A stretch of 64,000 nt of DNA from Planctomycetota bacterium. Lineage in GTDB: Bacteria > Planctomycetota > MHYJ01 > WSZJ01. Both the position numbers and the translations under genes were made by a program. Location of the stretch: NCBI GenBank assembly GCA_038060895.1, contig JBBTCT010000008.1, positions 1-64,000 of the forward strand, in the 5' to 3' direction. The notes below the pieces were generated by a model. It worked only from the letters and a program-made list of their open reading frames with translations, searched no databases and was not told the DNA's origin. Positions 9,831 through 20,824 of the stretch are shown here, in pieces (positions within the stretch are counted from its first letter, which is position 1; each line of letters opens with the position of its first letter).

Positions 9831-11279
9831 TTACTTCATTCCGGTAAGGATCTTCAGTTTCCCTTTAGGGACCTGCAGGATCAAAGCGTAGCTCGCCGTC
9901 GTCCACCCCGGACCGAGTTCCCGGTCCGTATTGTTGTGCATCGCCACCGATTCCTCCGTCGGCCGCGCGCTGAACGTCCCATCGGGACGGCGCGCGGCGA
10001 GAATCTCGAGGCGGAAGATCCCGATGAATTCCTTCCAGTGCGCCGGACCGAGGTGCATGCAGGCAAACGCGGCGCTCGTGTAGTGCTGAATCGGCGAGAC
10101 ATGCCCGTTCGGCAGGTCTTCCATCGTGCGCTTGAAGTAGGATCCCATCTTGGCGTAGAAGGGGTGCGCCTGCATTCCCAGGAGGCCGAAGGCCCAGGCG
10201 CCCAGCGCCGTCCGCCCGGGGTCGCCGTTCCCCTGCTGCCCAGGATTCGCGCTGTAGCCGATCCCGCCGTCGCCGCCCGACGTCGAAATCATGTACGCCA
10301 CGCCCTTGTCGATGACTTCCTGCGAGGGCTTGAAACCGACCTTCCGAAGCGCCCCCAGCGCCGCGAGCTCGAAATTCCCCACGATCTGCAACTCCAGGTA
10401 CTTCAGCGCGTTCGGGCCGCCCGGGCCATGCGCCCACCCGCCCGACGCCTCCTGGTTCTTCTCGATCGTCTGCATGATCTCCGTCAGCCGCTGCTCGAGC
10501 TCCGGCGTCGGCTCCAGGCGGTAGATCTCGCACAGGAACAGGCACCCGTACGCGAGCGACCAGTTCGTCTGGTTCCAGTTCGCGCCGCCCCGCGGCCGCT
10601 CCACGCCGCCGAAGTCGTCTTCCTTCCCGCACTTTTCGGTGACCCACTTCGCCGCCCGCGCCAGGTTGTCCGCAAACGGCCCTTCCTTCGTCGTGCTCCC
10701 GTTCGCGATGAACGCCAGCCCCGCCAGGCTCGATACCGCCACCTTCCCGTTCTGCCCGCCAATCCCGATCGGGAACGCCCCGTCCGCGTCCTGCAACCCC
10801 GTCAGGATCTTCAGCGAATCCTCGATCAGCTTCTCGCACCGTCCGCACCCCGTCGGGCAGTTCGCCGCGTGCGGCCCGAGCGCCGGCAGCTTCAACTTCA
10901 GAATCTGCGCCTTCCCCTCCCGGATCACCGTCAGCGTCGTCTCCGCCTTCTTCGTCGACGACACCGCTTCCATCGCCGCCACCAGCTGGTACACCGCCAG
11001 CATGTGCTTCGTCGTCAGGAACTGCCCGCCGACGGAGACGATCAGGTCGTTCGCCTGGAGACCCGCCTCAATGGCAGGCCCGCCCTCGAGCACCTTCGTC
11101 ACCTTGATCGCGACGGCCCCTCGCGGCAGCTTGAGCTCTTCGTCTGGCTTTTTGATCGGGAGCCCCTCGGCGCCGAGCACGCCCAGGTTGAACGCATCCG
11201 TGCCTTCTTGCCTGGGCATCTGGGCGAAAGCGGGGATCACGAGAAGGGCGAGGACGAACAGGGCTGCTGCGAAGCGCAT
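9831..11279 (-). CDS. Secreted PDZ-domain protein with alpha/alpha-toroid (DUF6288-like) domain
   Basis: Signal peptide; VTKVLEGGPAIEAGLQANDLIVSVGG PDZ; QDADGAF, QEASGGW and RRPDGTF QW-like repeats. Confidence 0.75.
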   Translation of the reverse strand: MRFAAALFVLALLVIPAFAQMPRQEGTDAFNLGVLGAEGLPIKKPDEELKLPRGAVAIKVTKVLEGGPAIEAGLQANDLIVSVGGQFLTTKHMLAVYQLVAAMEAVSSTKKAETTLTVIREGKAQILKLKLPALGPHAANCPTGCGRCEKLIEDSLKILTGLQDADGAFPIGIGGQNGKVAVSSLAGLAFIANGSTTKEGPFADNLARAAKWVTEKCGKEDDFGGVERPRGGANWNQTNWSLAYGCLFLCEIYRLEPTPELEQRLTEIMQTIEKNQEASGGWAHGPGGPNALKYLELQIVGNFELAALGALRKVGFKPSQEVIDKGVAYMISTSGGDGGIGYSANPGQQGNGDPGRTALGAWAFGLLGMQAHPFYAKMGSYFKRTMEDLPNGHVSPIQHYTSAAFACMHLGPAHWKEFIGIFRLEILAARRPDGTFSARPTEESVAMHNNTDRELGPGWTTASYALILQVPKGKLKILTGMK

Positions 11280-11352
11280 GAGACCTCCGGCGAGGGGTGA
11301 GCATGGTAATACGGGGAAGGTGTCTCGCGTGCTGGCTGTCGCGCGTGCCAAG

Positions 11353-11556
11353 TCAGGCCAGATGAATTTCGAGAGGCTTCCGAATCCGGCTCGCGCCCAG
11401 AATGTGAAAGCCGATCACATGTCCCTGACGATCCACCTTTTCCATCACCTGGTCGTGCGAGGTCTCCCGGAAGTAGCCATGCTTCTTCTCGAAGATGACC
11501 TCGAGGAAGTCGGCCTTTCTGTCAAACCAGATTTGAACTCGCGGCTTCTTGTGCAT
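11353..11556 (-). CDS. DUF2283-family small protein (antitoxin-like)
   Basis: IWFDRKADFLEVIF...DRQGHVIGFHILGAS pattern; GAGG upstream. Confidence 0.8.
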   Translation of the reverse strand: MHKKPRVQIWFDRKADFLEVIFEKKHGYFRETSHDQVMEKVDRQGHVIGFHILGASRIRKPLEIHLA

Positions 11557-11582
11557 GGTTGCTGCCTCACTGCTGCGTGAAT

Positions 11583-11957
11583 CTACCTCTTTGCTTCGAA
11601 GAAGGGACGGCAGACTCGTCGGACTGACTCTTCCTCCCGGTCGTCGAGAAACCGGATGTCGACGTGCTGATCATCGCGAAACAGGGTCTGGAATGGAGCC
11701 TGCAGCGCTGTTAACACACGCTTCCGGTTCTTCGGGCAAGCGACGCAAAGCGAAATGTGTTCCGTGATTTCAGCTCCGTAGACTACTCGCGCGAGGAACG
11801 CACTTTGAACTTCTGGGTATTGAGCAAAGATCGCTATCCACAAATCTTTGATTTCGTTTTCAGTTTTTCCTCCAGCGTGCTCTCCCTTGAAGAGAACCTC
11901 TCCGGGATCGATTTGTCCGGGAAGCATATTGCCCCTGATCCATCTGAACAGGCTCAC
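11583..11957 (-). CDS. SseB C-terminal-domain-like protein
   Basis: VQSAFLARVVYG...FRDDQHVDIRFL...CRPFF resembles stand-alone SseB_C proteins; locally lower GC. Confidence 0.6.
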   Translation of the reverse strand: MSLFRWIRGNMLPGQIDPGEVLFKGEHAGGKTENEIKDLWIAIFAQYPEVQSAFLARVVYGAEITEHISLCVACPKNRKRVLTALQAPFQTLFRDDQHVDIRFLDDREEESVRRVCRPFFEAKR

Positions 11958-11976
11958 GCAGACCTCCCGTCCCGGG

Positions 11977-13941
11977 TCACTTCAACCTTAAGTCGATTGG
12001 CTCGGCTGCCTTACCTGCATCGAATCGCACGACTCGAAGCAATGCGACTCCACCACTCGGCGACCCAGTGAGCGTGAACTCGTCCTTCGCGTCGCCACGA
12101 GTCACCGTGACGACAAGCTTGCCGCCCTTGATCTCGCGCTTAACTTCGGCGGCGGAGTCGGTCGCGGCACGCGGCGAGAGCACGGTCAGGCCGACCCACC
12201 GTCTCCCCCTCACCGTCGCGCGCAGCATGTCGTGCTCGCCGAAGTTGCCGGAAGGGAAGCGCGCCGTCGTGAACGCCGGCGCCTCCTTGTCGAACAGGCA
12301 CGGGACGATGTCGAGCGCAGCGTCGCCGGACTGGTGCGTGGCGCGGTCCTTCGCGCAGTCGAACCGCGAGTCGGCATTGCCGTGCAGCAGCCAGGTGTAC
12401 TCGTGGTCCTTCGCGTCCTTCACGAATGCGTCCGCGACGACGACGTACGGGTCCGGGCCGGTCAGGACAAGGAAGCAGCGCGTGGCCACGGCCATCGGGT
12501 TGTATCCCCGGTCCGCGAACGCTCCCGTCAGGTCGGCCTGCGCCCAGACGAGCGTTTTGCGCTCCTCCCACTGCACGAGCTTCCCTTCGGTGACCTTCCC
12601 GCCGCCCGTGATCACCTCGCCCTTGCCGTCCACCAGCACGAGGTTGTGCCCGATCGACTGGTGAGGCGTTCCTTCCTTGTCGACGTTCGAATACCCGGTG
12701 TCCGCCGCGAGGCAGCGGCCCTTCGCGTAGATCAGGAAATGACCGATGTCCGACTGCCCGTGCGTCCCGGGGATGCGCTTCCCGCACTCGAACGCCGCGA
12801 GAAAATCGTCCTTCTCCCATCCGGTGCGCACCGTCAGCGTGCCGCGGCCCTTCGTGCACGCCACCTTCTTCTCCGGCGGCGTCCCGCCTGCCCGCCCGTC
12901 TTCCCACAGCACCGCGAACGCCCACGTGTGGCCGCCGCTTCCGGCGAAGCGGTCCATGACGTTCGTCCACATCCAGCGCGAGAGCGGGCTTTCGTGACGC
13001 GCTGCGTCATAAAGGAAGAGGGTGCCTCCCCACCCGTGGTAGTTACCGTCGGTGTCGTTGATCGGGAGCATCCGGCCGCGGCCGGGCGTGAGTTCGTTGG
13101 TGAGCTGAGCGAGGACTTTCCCGAGGAATCCTTCCATCGCGTCGCCGGCGCCGAAGCGTGCGCAGCAGTCGGAGAAAGGGAGGATGCGGAAGAGGCCGAA
13201 GGGGCCGTACATCGTTCCCTCGTAACAGGCGCCGTCGGGGTCGAAGCTGGAAGCGATGTACGACTTCATTTTCGCGTGGGCCATCCCGGCCCACGCGGGC
13301 GCGTCGGGGTTTTCGTGCCAGAGCGCGACCGCCGCGAGGCCGACTCCTCCCATCGACGCCATCGAATGGTTGTTCGCGTCGGTCGTCGCTTCCCACGACT
13401 TCTTGCCCACGAATCCGTCGTAGTTGTGCTTTGCGCGGCGCTCGACGGTCGCGCGGAGTTTCGTCCGCGCCTGGGGCGTGAGCAGGTCCCACGTCCAGTC
13501 GAGCACGACAGCCATGCCTTCGAAAAACTCCCCGCTCGACATGAAGTCGTTATCCGCGATGTCCTTCTCCAGAGGTGCGGGGTCCCATGCCTCGAAGAAA
13601 TCGGAAAGAGCTTTCGCCGCCGCTTCGTCCTTCCCGACGAGCGCATGAAGCGCCACGCATTCCAGCCCCTCCGTCATCGTGAACCGCTGCGACTGCCCCG
13701 GTTGGCCGCCGAACGCGCGTTTCGGGTCCAGCTCGCTTCGCCGCACCATTTCCGACCGGCTCACGACGTGCTGCCAGAGTTCCTTCCAGGGCTCGCCTGC
13801 GATGTTCGCGCGGACTTTGTCGAGGTCGGCCGCGGTGATCCCGATGCGCGGGTGAGACTTCGGAACCGTGAGCTTGAGCGGGGCCGGGGCCTGCGCGGAG
13901 GCAATCAGCGAGCCGAACAGGAGGAGGGCCGTGGTCCGCAT
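11977..13941 (-). CDS. Secreted heparinase II/III-family polysaccharide lyase-like protein
   Basis: HPRIG, NNH, YEGTMYG, HGQSD and HNLVLVDG motifs; signal peptide from 13941. Confidence 0.82.
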   Translation of the reverse strand: MRTTALLLFGSLIASAQAPAPLKLTVPKSHPRIGITAADLDKVRANIAGEPWKELWQHVVSRSEMVRRSELDPKRAFGGQPGQSQRFTMTEGLECVALHALVGKDEAAAKALSDFFEAWDPAPLEKDIADNDFMSSGEFFEGMAVVLDWTWDLLTPQARTKLRATVERRAKHNYDGFVGKKSWEATTDANNHSMASMGGVGLAAVALWHENPDAPAWAGMAHAKMKSYIASSFDPDGACYEGTMYGPFGLFRILPFSDCCARFGAGDAMEGFLGKVLAQLTNELTPGRGRMLPINDTDGNYHGWGGTLFLYDAARHESPLSRWMWTNVMDRFAGSGGHTWAFAVLWEDGRAGGTPPEKKVACTKGRGTLTVRTGWEKDDFLAAFECGKRIPGTHGQSDIGHFLIYAKGRCLAADTGYSNVDKEGTPHQSIGHNLVLVDGKGEVITGGGKVTEGKLVQWEERKTLVWAQADLTGAFADRGYNPMAVATRCFLVLTGPDPYVVVADAFVKDAKDHEYTWLLHGNADSRFDCAKDRATHQSGDAALDIVPCLFDKEAPAFTTARFPSGNFGEHDMLRATVRGRRWVGLTVLSPRAATDSAAEVKREIKGGKLVVTVTRGDAKDEFTLTGSPSGGVALLRVVRFDAGKAAEPIDLRLK

Positions 13942-14030
13942 GTCCCGAAGCATAACTCGCTTCCGTTCCCGCTGGCGCGGCTGCGCCCCATTCGATAGCG
14001 TCCACGGCTCAAACAATCAGGGAGTTGCCC

Positions 14031-14726
14031 ATGCGCCCGCTCGCCATCGCCCTCTTCCTCGCCTCCGTGGCTCTTGCCGAGGACCCCGCGCCGGTGAAGT
14101 CCGACCCGGCCGCCGAAGAGCTGCTCAAGAAAGTCGAGGAGAAGATCGGGAAGGCGAAGACCGTGAGCATCCGCGCTTCTCTGACGTTCATGATGGGCCG
14201 CTTCGCGCACAAATTTGAAATTGAACTCGACTTCAAGGAGGGCAACCGCGCGCGGATAATGCTGGCGAGCAGGGACAAGGGCACCGCCGGCGCCGCCTGC
14301 GACGGAAAAGTCGTGCGGAGGAAGACCCCCCAGGGCGACACGACGGCGGATGCCGCAGCGGATTTCGCTGCAAAAGGCAGGGAGATGTCGCTTCGCATCC
14401 CGATGATCGAGCTCTCGGCGCACTTTGAAGGCAAGGAACCGCAGGCGACCCCTGCTTACTCCGAGTTCGCGTTTCTTCCCGACGAGAAGATCGGCGAGCG
14501 CGCGGTCCGGGTTGTGACGTTCGCGTCAACGCGCGACTCGAGGCGCAAGGACGTCCGGGTGTGGATCGACGAGAAGTCGCTGGAAGTCCTGAAGCGCGAA
14601 ATCGTCGAGAAGAAGCAAGCTGCGGAGGAGCGCGAGACTCTGACGTTCGGCTCCATGGCGTACGACGCGGACCTCCCGGATTCGACGTTCGAGTCGGTCG
14701 TGCCGAAGGCGGAGGACAAGAAGTAG
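14031..14726 (+). CDS. Secreted LolA-like fold protein (paralog 1)
   Basis: Signal peptide; CDGK, VWIDEKS..LKRE and LPDSTF LolA-like pattern. Confidence 0.65.
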   Translation: MRPLAIALFLASVALAEDPAPVKSDPAAEELLKKVEEKIGKAKTVSIRASLTFMMGRFAHKFEIELDFKEGNRARIMLASRDKGTAGAACDGKVVRRKTPQGDTTADAAADFAAKGREMSLRIPMIELSAHFEGKEPQATPAYSEFAFLPDEKIGERAVRVVTFASTRDSRRKDVRVWIDEKSLEVLKREIVEKKQAAEERETLTFGSMAYDADLPDSTFESVVPKAEDKK

Positions 14727-14756
14727 GAGCGGTTTCGTTCAACGACGGAGGATTGC

Positions 14757-15479
14757 ATGAAGTCTCTTTTCGCGTTCGTCCTCGTCACGTCGATCGCTTG
14801 CGCCGAGGACGCAGCTCCCGCCCCGCCGGACCCGGCCGCCGAGGCGCTCGTCAAGAAGGTGGAGGCCAGGGTCGCTTCCGCGAAGACGGTCTCGATCAAA
14901 CTCACGATGGAGGTCGCCGCCGGCGACGAGAAACAGGCGTTCGAGGTCGCGATCGACCTGAAGGAAGGAAATCGGGCCCGGCTCGCCGTCGACGGCAAGG
15001 GGCCCGACGGGAAGACCGCATTCTCGATGCTGGCGGTCTGCGACGGTAAGACCGTCCGGCGGACGGACCCGGACGGCTACGACGACGAGGCTGCGGAATC
15101 GAACCTGGCCGCGAAAGTTCGCGAGCTGGCAATCCGCGCGCCACTGAAGGACCTCTCGAAGACGATGGGCGGCAGTGCTTCGAAAACGCCCGTGACCTAC
15201 TCGGACTTCAAGTTCGCGCCCGACGAGAAGGTCGGCGACCGCGCGGCGCGCGTCGTCACCTACTCCGCTTCGCGCGGCTCCGTCCGCCTCGCGATGAAGC
15301 TGTGGATCGACGCGGAGAAGCTCGCGCTTCTCAAGCGCGAGACGGTGGAGACGAAGAAAGGCGTCGAGACCTCCCGCGTGACGGACGCGTTCAGCGCGAT
15401 GACGTGCGACGGGGAACTTGCCGACGACGTGTTTGCGCTGCCGTCAGTGAAGGACGGCGACCGGAAGGAAGAGAAGTAA
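14757..15479 (+). CDS. Secreted LolA-like fold protein (paralog 2)
   Basis: Shares DPAAE.L.KKVE, KEGNRAR, CDGK and PDEK.G.R blocks with the upstream gene; GGAGG RBS. Confidence 0.65.
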   Translation: MKSLFAFVLVTSIACAEDAAPAPPDPAAEALVKKVEARVASAKTVSIKLTMEVAAGDEKQAFEVAIDLKEGNRARLAVDGKGPDGKTAFSMLAVCDGKTVRRTDPDGYDDEAAESNLAAKVRELAIRAPLKDLSKTMGGSASKTPVTYSDFKFAPDEKVGDRAARVVTYSASRGSVRLAMKLWIDAEKLALLKRETVETKKGVETSRVTDAFSAMTCDGELADDVFALPSVKDGDRKEEK

Positions 15480-15510
15480 GACGGTTTCGAACGACGCCTG
15501 GAGGGTGCCG

Positions 15511-15933
15511 ATGAAGTCCACCACCGAATACCTCACGTTCAACATCCCTGCCCGCATGGACTTCCTCAACATTACGCCGCAGGTCGAGCAGATCGTCGCG
15601 AAGTCGGGCGTGAAGGAAGGTCTCTGCCTCGTCAACGCGATGCATATCACCGCGAGTGTCTTTATCAACGACGACGAGAAGGGCCTCCACGCCGACTACA
15701 AGCGCTGGCTCGAACAGCTCGCGCCCTTCGACCCGTCGCCGGAGCGCTACGCGCACAACCGCACCGGCGAGGACAACGCTGACGCGCACCACAAGCGGCA
15801 GATCATGGGGCGCGAAGTCGTGTGCGCGATCACGAAGGGAAAGCTGGACTTCGGGCCGTGGGAACAGATCTTCTACGGGGAGTTTGACGGGAAGCGTGCG
15901 AAGCGCGTGCTGGTCAAAGTCATCGGGGAGTAA
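15511..15933 (+). CDS. yjbQ: YjbQ/UPF0047 secondary thiamine-phosphate synthase
   Basis: [36 protein letters not shown]. Confidence 0.92.
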   Translation: MKSTTEYLTFNIPARMDFLNITPQVEQIVAKSGVKEGLCLVNAMHITASVFINDDEKGLHADYKRWLEQLAPFDPSPERYAHNRTGEDNADAHHKRQIMGREVVCAITKGKLDFGPWEQIFYGEFDGKRAKRVLVKVIGE

Positions 15934-15935
15934 CT

Positions 15936-16283
15936 ATGCCCATCCTTTCGCGGCTAATGCTCAAGACACACAAGCTCGAGGAGCTCCGGGATTTCTACGA
16001 ATGCCTCGGGTTCGACTTCGAGGAAGAGCAAAAGGGGAAGGCGCCGCCGTACTACGCAGCGGAGGCGGGCGAAGCGAGGCTGGAGATTCACCCTCTTTCC
16101 GAGGGCATCGTCGCGGACGCGACGACGCGGCTGGGCTTCGCTGTGCCGGACGTTGTCGTGTGTGTCAGCGCCGCGCGGAATTCGAGCGGCCGGGTCGAGA
16201 ACAAGCCGAATAGCGGGCCCGACGGCCTGCGGGCGCTACTCCGAGACCCGGATGGGCGTGTCGTCGAGCTGTCTCAGGGTTAG
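15936..16283 (+). CDS. VOC/glyoxalase-bleomycin resistance family protein
   Basis: FYECLG, LGFAVPDV, RDPDGRVVEL. Confidence 0.85.
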   Translation: MPILSRLMLKTHKLEELRDFYECLGFDFEEEQKGKAPPYYAAEAGEARLEIHPLSEGIVADATTRLGFAVPDVVVCVSAARNSSGRVENKPNSGPDGLRALLRDPDGRVVELSQG

Positions 16284-16292
16284 AATCGCGTA

Positions 16293-16463
16293 ATGAGACT
16301 TGCGCCAAAGGCAAAGCAGCGGCCGATGAAGTCGGTTTCGGCGTGCATCCCCGCCTCACTTCTGGTGTTGCTGGACCGGGCAGCGCGGGCAAGAGGTGTT
16401 TCGAGATCGCAATTCGCCCGCGACTGCGTTGCGAAAAGCCTGCGCCGAGTGCGGCGTCCCTGA
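16293..16463 (+). CDS. Ribbon-helix-helix (CopG-like) protein, 56 aa, below the ORF-track cutoff
   Basis: Manual translation MRLAPKAKQRPMKSVSACIPASLLVLLDRAARARGVSRSQFARDCVAKSLRRVRRP fits the RHH pattern (beta-strand, LD..A...GVSRS); alternative start 16326. Confidence 0.65.
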   Translation: MRLAPKAKQRPMKSVSACIPASLLVLLDRAARARGVSRSQFARDCVAKSLRRVRRP

Positions 16464-16473
16464 AGGTGCCCAG

Positions 16474-16827
16474 GTGAACTTCAGCATCGTAGAGGGCCGC
16501 CATTGTGTCTCAAGGGTCACTGGGCCAACGCACAACTTCCTCGGGCTTCGCCTGAGCAAGCTGCTTACGGAACGCGTGACAGTCCTGAAACTTCCGCCGG
16601 TCAGAAAGGGTGGAGACGGGCGTCTGGACGAGGCTCAACTCCAGGCTGCCGTCATTGCGGGTGTTGAAATTGCGAATCGGGAATGCGGGACGGAGTGGCA
16701 TGTCACCGAGATTGCCTACATTGCGGACGACACTCCCGTGTATTCCCAGTACGAACTATGCGCGAGGGCCGTGATCAAGCAACTCGCGGCCGGTAAATTC
16801 TCCGGTTCCGGGCAGCATTCGCCTTAA
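16474..16827 (+). CDS. Hypothetical protein
   Basis: GTG at 16474 after GAAGG, in frame with ORF 16396-16827; lower GC. Confidence 0.6.
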   Translation: MNFSIVEGRHCVSRVTGPTHNFLGLRLSKLLTERVTVLKLPPVRKGGDGRLDEAQLQAAVIAGVEIANRECGTEWHVTEIAYIADDTPVYSQYELCARAVIKQLAAGKFSGSGQHSP

Positions 16828-16842
16828 TGAAAATTGGTGGGG

Positions 16843-17754
16843 CTACCACCCCCTCCCGTCCGCCTGCCTGAACTCCGTCCCATCCACGGCGATGACGGCA
16901 GCGCCAGTCCCGGCTTCATTCCGCGCTTCGACCGTGAACGTCTTCGACTCGCCCGAGTCCGTGGTGCAGGTGAGCTGGTCGCCGCTGAGCTTCCAGGAGC
17001 CGGAGATGTCCGTCTGACTGCTGCCGTTGTGGAAGACGCCGTGGGAGGTGCCCTCGGAGTGGTAGTGGTAGCGGCCGCCGGCATCGAAGGTGATGCGCTG
17101 TTCGTTGGAGTTGCCGACCATTGCCGTGCCGGAGCCGAAGGCGCGGACCCAGGTGGTGCACAGGCGGGCGGCGTCGATGGCGGCCGCGGCGGGGCGCCGG
17201 AAAGAGCCGAGGATCGCTTCGAGGTCGGGCTGGCGGCGCTTCAGCGCTTCGGGCGTCGCGACCGCGACCAGCGAGCCCACGTACGAACCCGTGAACGCCC
17301 AGCAGCGGATGTCGACGGCGCGGCCGTCTAGGAGCGTCGCGCTCCAGCTCCACGCGCGGCCGTCGAGCGCCCCGATCTTCACGGACTTCGCTTCGCCGGA
17401 ACGGCGCACGGGGACCTGCAGCATCTGCATGAGCGAGTTGTCGAGGTACGCCTCGAGCGCGGGCGTGTTCAGGTCCTTGAGCGCCGGCGCGCCGAGGAAG
17501 GCGTAGACCTCGTCGATCGACGAAGGGTTCGCGCCGGGCGGGTCGATCATCGTCGCGTCGCCGCGCTGTTGAACGGTCCAGCCGCCAGGGACCTCGGCGA
17601 CGACGCCGGCGAAGCGGCACTCCTGGCCGCCGGAGATGGATTTCCAGGGCTGGGAGGAGGAAGAGCCGCCTGGGGAGGATGCGGAAGAGGAATCGTTCCT
17701 ACCGCAGCCGGCGAGGAGAGCGGAAAGGATAAGGAGCGTGGTGAGCCGCATCAC
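16843..17754 (-). CDS. Hypothetical lipoprotein
   Basis: Lipobox LLAGC followed by a Ser-rich linker; beta-rich C-terminus. Confidence 0.78.
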   Translation of the reverse strand: MMRLTTLLILSALLAGCGRNDSSSASSPGGSSSSQPWKSISGGQECRFAGVVAEVPGGWTVQQRGDATMIDPPGANPSSIDEVYAFLGAPALKDLNTPALEAYLDNSLMQMLQVPVRRSGEAKSVKIGALDGRAWSWSATLLDGRAVDIRCWAFTGSYVGSLVAVATPEALKRRQPDLEAILGSFRRPAAAAIDAARLCTTWVRAFGSGTAMVGNSNEQRITFDAGGRYHYHSEGTSHGVFHNGSSQTDISGSWKLSGDQLTCTTDSGESKTFTVEARNEAGTGAAVIAVDGTEFRQADGRGW

Positions 17755-17786
17755 AAACTCCGATTCAAGGGTCGGGGAATCTTAGT

Positions 17787-17892
17787 CGTATCCGCGGCCG
17801 TTTCCGCGTCATTCGCTTTCATCCGCGAATTCCTTTTTGAAAAAATGAATACGCGGATAAAGGCGAATTTCGCGGAAACGGCCGCGGATGCG
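17787..17892. repeat. Long imperfect inverted repeat (REP-like, about 46-bp arms)
   Basis: cgtatccgcggccgtttccgcg..attcgc..atccgcg.attc pairs with gaat.cgcggat..gcgaat..cgcggaaacggccgcggatgcg around an A/T loop. Confidence 0.88.
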
Positions 17893-17938
17893 GTGCGGGG
17901 ACGAAGGCCATTCTGCGACTCGCTGCTAGACTTCGCTC

Positions 17939-19438
<1,500 letters not shown>

Positions 19439-19453
19439 AGGACGGTAAGGTTT

Positions 19454-20824
19454 CTACTTCGGCGCCACGAACCTGAACCACTTTCCCGGTCCCGCCAGCC
19501 GCGACGAAATCGCGTAGCGCGCCGTCGGCCGCGCTTCGTTAGGCGAAAACAGACCGTACACAACGCCTCGGGTCGTGTCGGCGGCGGCGAGGTGGCCGCA
19601 GGAGCCGGCGTCGTACTCGCGGAGGATCTTCCCGGTGGACTCCTGGACGAAGAGGACCTTCCGGTCGCGCGTGAAGAGGACGATGGAGCGGTCCGCGGGG
19701 AGGAAGGCGGCGGAGAAGTGGCGGGGGAAGGTGGCGGCGACGGCGAGTTCGGCGACGGAGCCGCGGGCGACGCGGAAGAGGCGGCCGTCGGCGTTGAGGG
19801 CGAAGCGGGCGTCGGGGGAAAAGGCGAGGGGCTCGAGGTTGCGTTTGCCGCCAGAGACGGGAGCCCAGGACCAGATGCTGCCGTCGGTGGCGATCGTGCC
19901 TTGAGCGGAGAAAAAACGGCTGCGGTCGGGGGTGGCGTGCAGCAGGCCGCGGACGTCTTTCCACCACAGGGTCGTCGTCTGCGTGGGGACAGTTACGAGC
20001 GCGGCGCCGCCGGGGAAGGAGGCGAGGAAGGCGTCGTCGGAGACGGCCGCGACATCGAGGACGTCCTGCTCGAGCGTGAACGACCGGGCGACGCGCAGGC
20101 CGACGAGGTCCACGACGTGCGCGGACCGGCCGCGCGCGACAAAGGCGATTTTTCCCGAGGGTGCGAGGGACCAGGAAGCGGCGTCCGGCAACGCGCCCGG
20201 GGTTGGTGCCGGGAACGTGATTTCAGCGTAGGCGCGGATGGACATGGATCCGGTCGCAATCGCGAGGATTCGGGCGCTTCCGGCGTCGAATACCGTGAGG
20301 GTCTGGCCGTCCGCGGAGACGATGGCGGGGCCGGCGTAAGTGGAGCCGGGATCGAGGTTCTTCGCCCCGAGGTCCTCGGGGAGGCGGAGTGCGGCCATGG
20401 CGGCCGGCGTCGCGGCATTCGTCGTGGCCGGATCGTCCGTCCCGGGAACGACGGGCGGCAGGTCGCCGTTGATCAGCCCGCCCTCCTTCGTGCCGGTGAT
20501 CGTGAGGGAGCGGACCTTTGCGACCGGGACTTCGACGCGCCCGACGGAGGTCATGAGCGGCCACGACTTCTGCGCAGGCGTGCCGGTGAACTCCGAAGCG
20601 TCCCTGGCGCGGATAGTGAGGCGGCCGTCCGCGATGGTAATCGACTCGATGTTCCGCAGGTGCACTCCGATCGTCCCGAACGTTCCCTCGTACCGCACCC
20701 GCTCGATCAGGATCGTCCCGCGCAGTTCCGTCCCGTCCGTCAAGGCGATCGCGACGGTCCAGGTGTCGGCGTAAGCGGTGGCCGCGAGGGCCGAGAGCGC
20801 GAGGGAGGTGAGGAAGCGCTTCAT
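19454..20824 (-). CDS. Secreted protein with C-terminal beta-propeller
   Basis: Start MKRFLTSLALSALAATAYA overlaps the stop of the upstream protease gene; SADG/SPDA blade repeats. Confidence 0.7.
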   Translation of the reverse strand: MKRFLTSLALSALAATAYADTWTVAIALTDGTELRGTILIERVRYEGTFGTIGVHLRNIESITIADGRLTIRARDASEFTGTPAQKSWPLMTSVGRVEVPVAKVRSLTITGTKEGGLINGDLPPVVPGTDDPATTNAATPAAMAALRLPEDLGAKNLDPGSTYAGPAIVSADGQTLTVFDAGSARILAIATGSMSIRAYAEITFPAPTPGALPDAASWSLAPSGKIAFVARGRSAHVVDLVGLRVARSFTLEQDVLDVAAVSDDAFLASFPGGAALVTVPTQTTTLWWKDVRGLLHATPDRSRFFSAQGTIATDGSIWSWAPVSGGKRNLEPLAFSPDARFALNADGRLFRVARGSVAELAVAATFPRHFSAAFLPADRSIVLFTRDRKVLFVQESTGKILREYDAGSCGHLAAADTTRGVVYGLFSPNEARPTARYAISSRLAGPGKWFRFVAPK

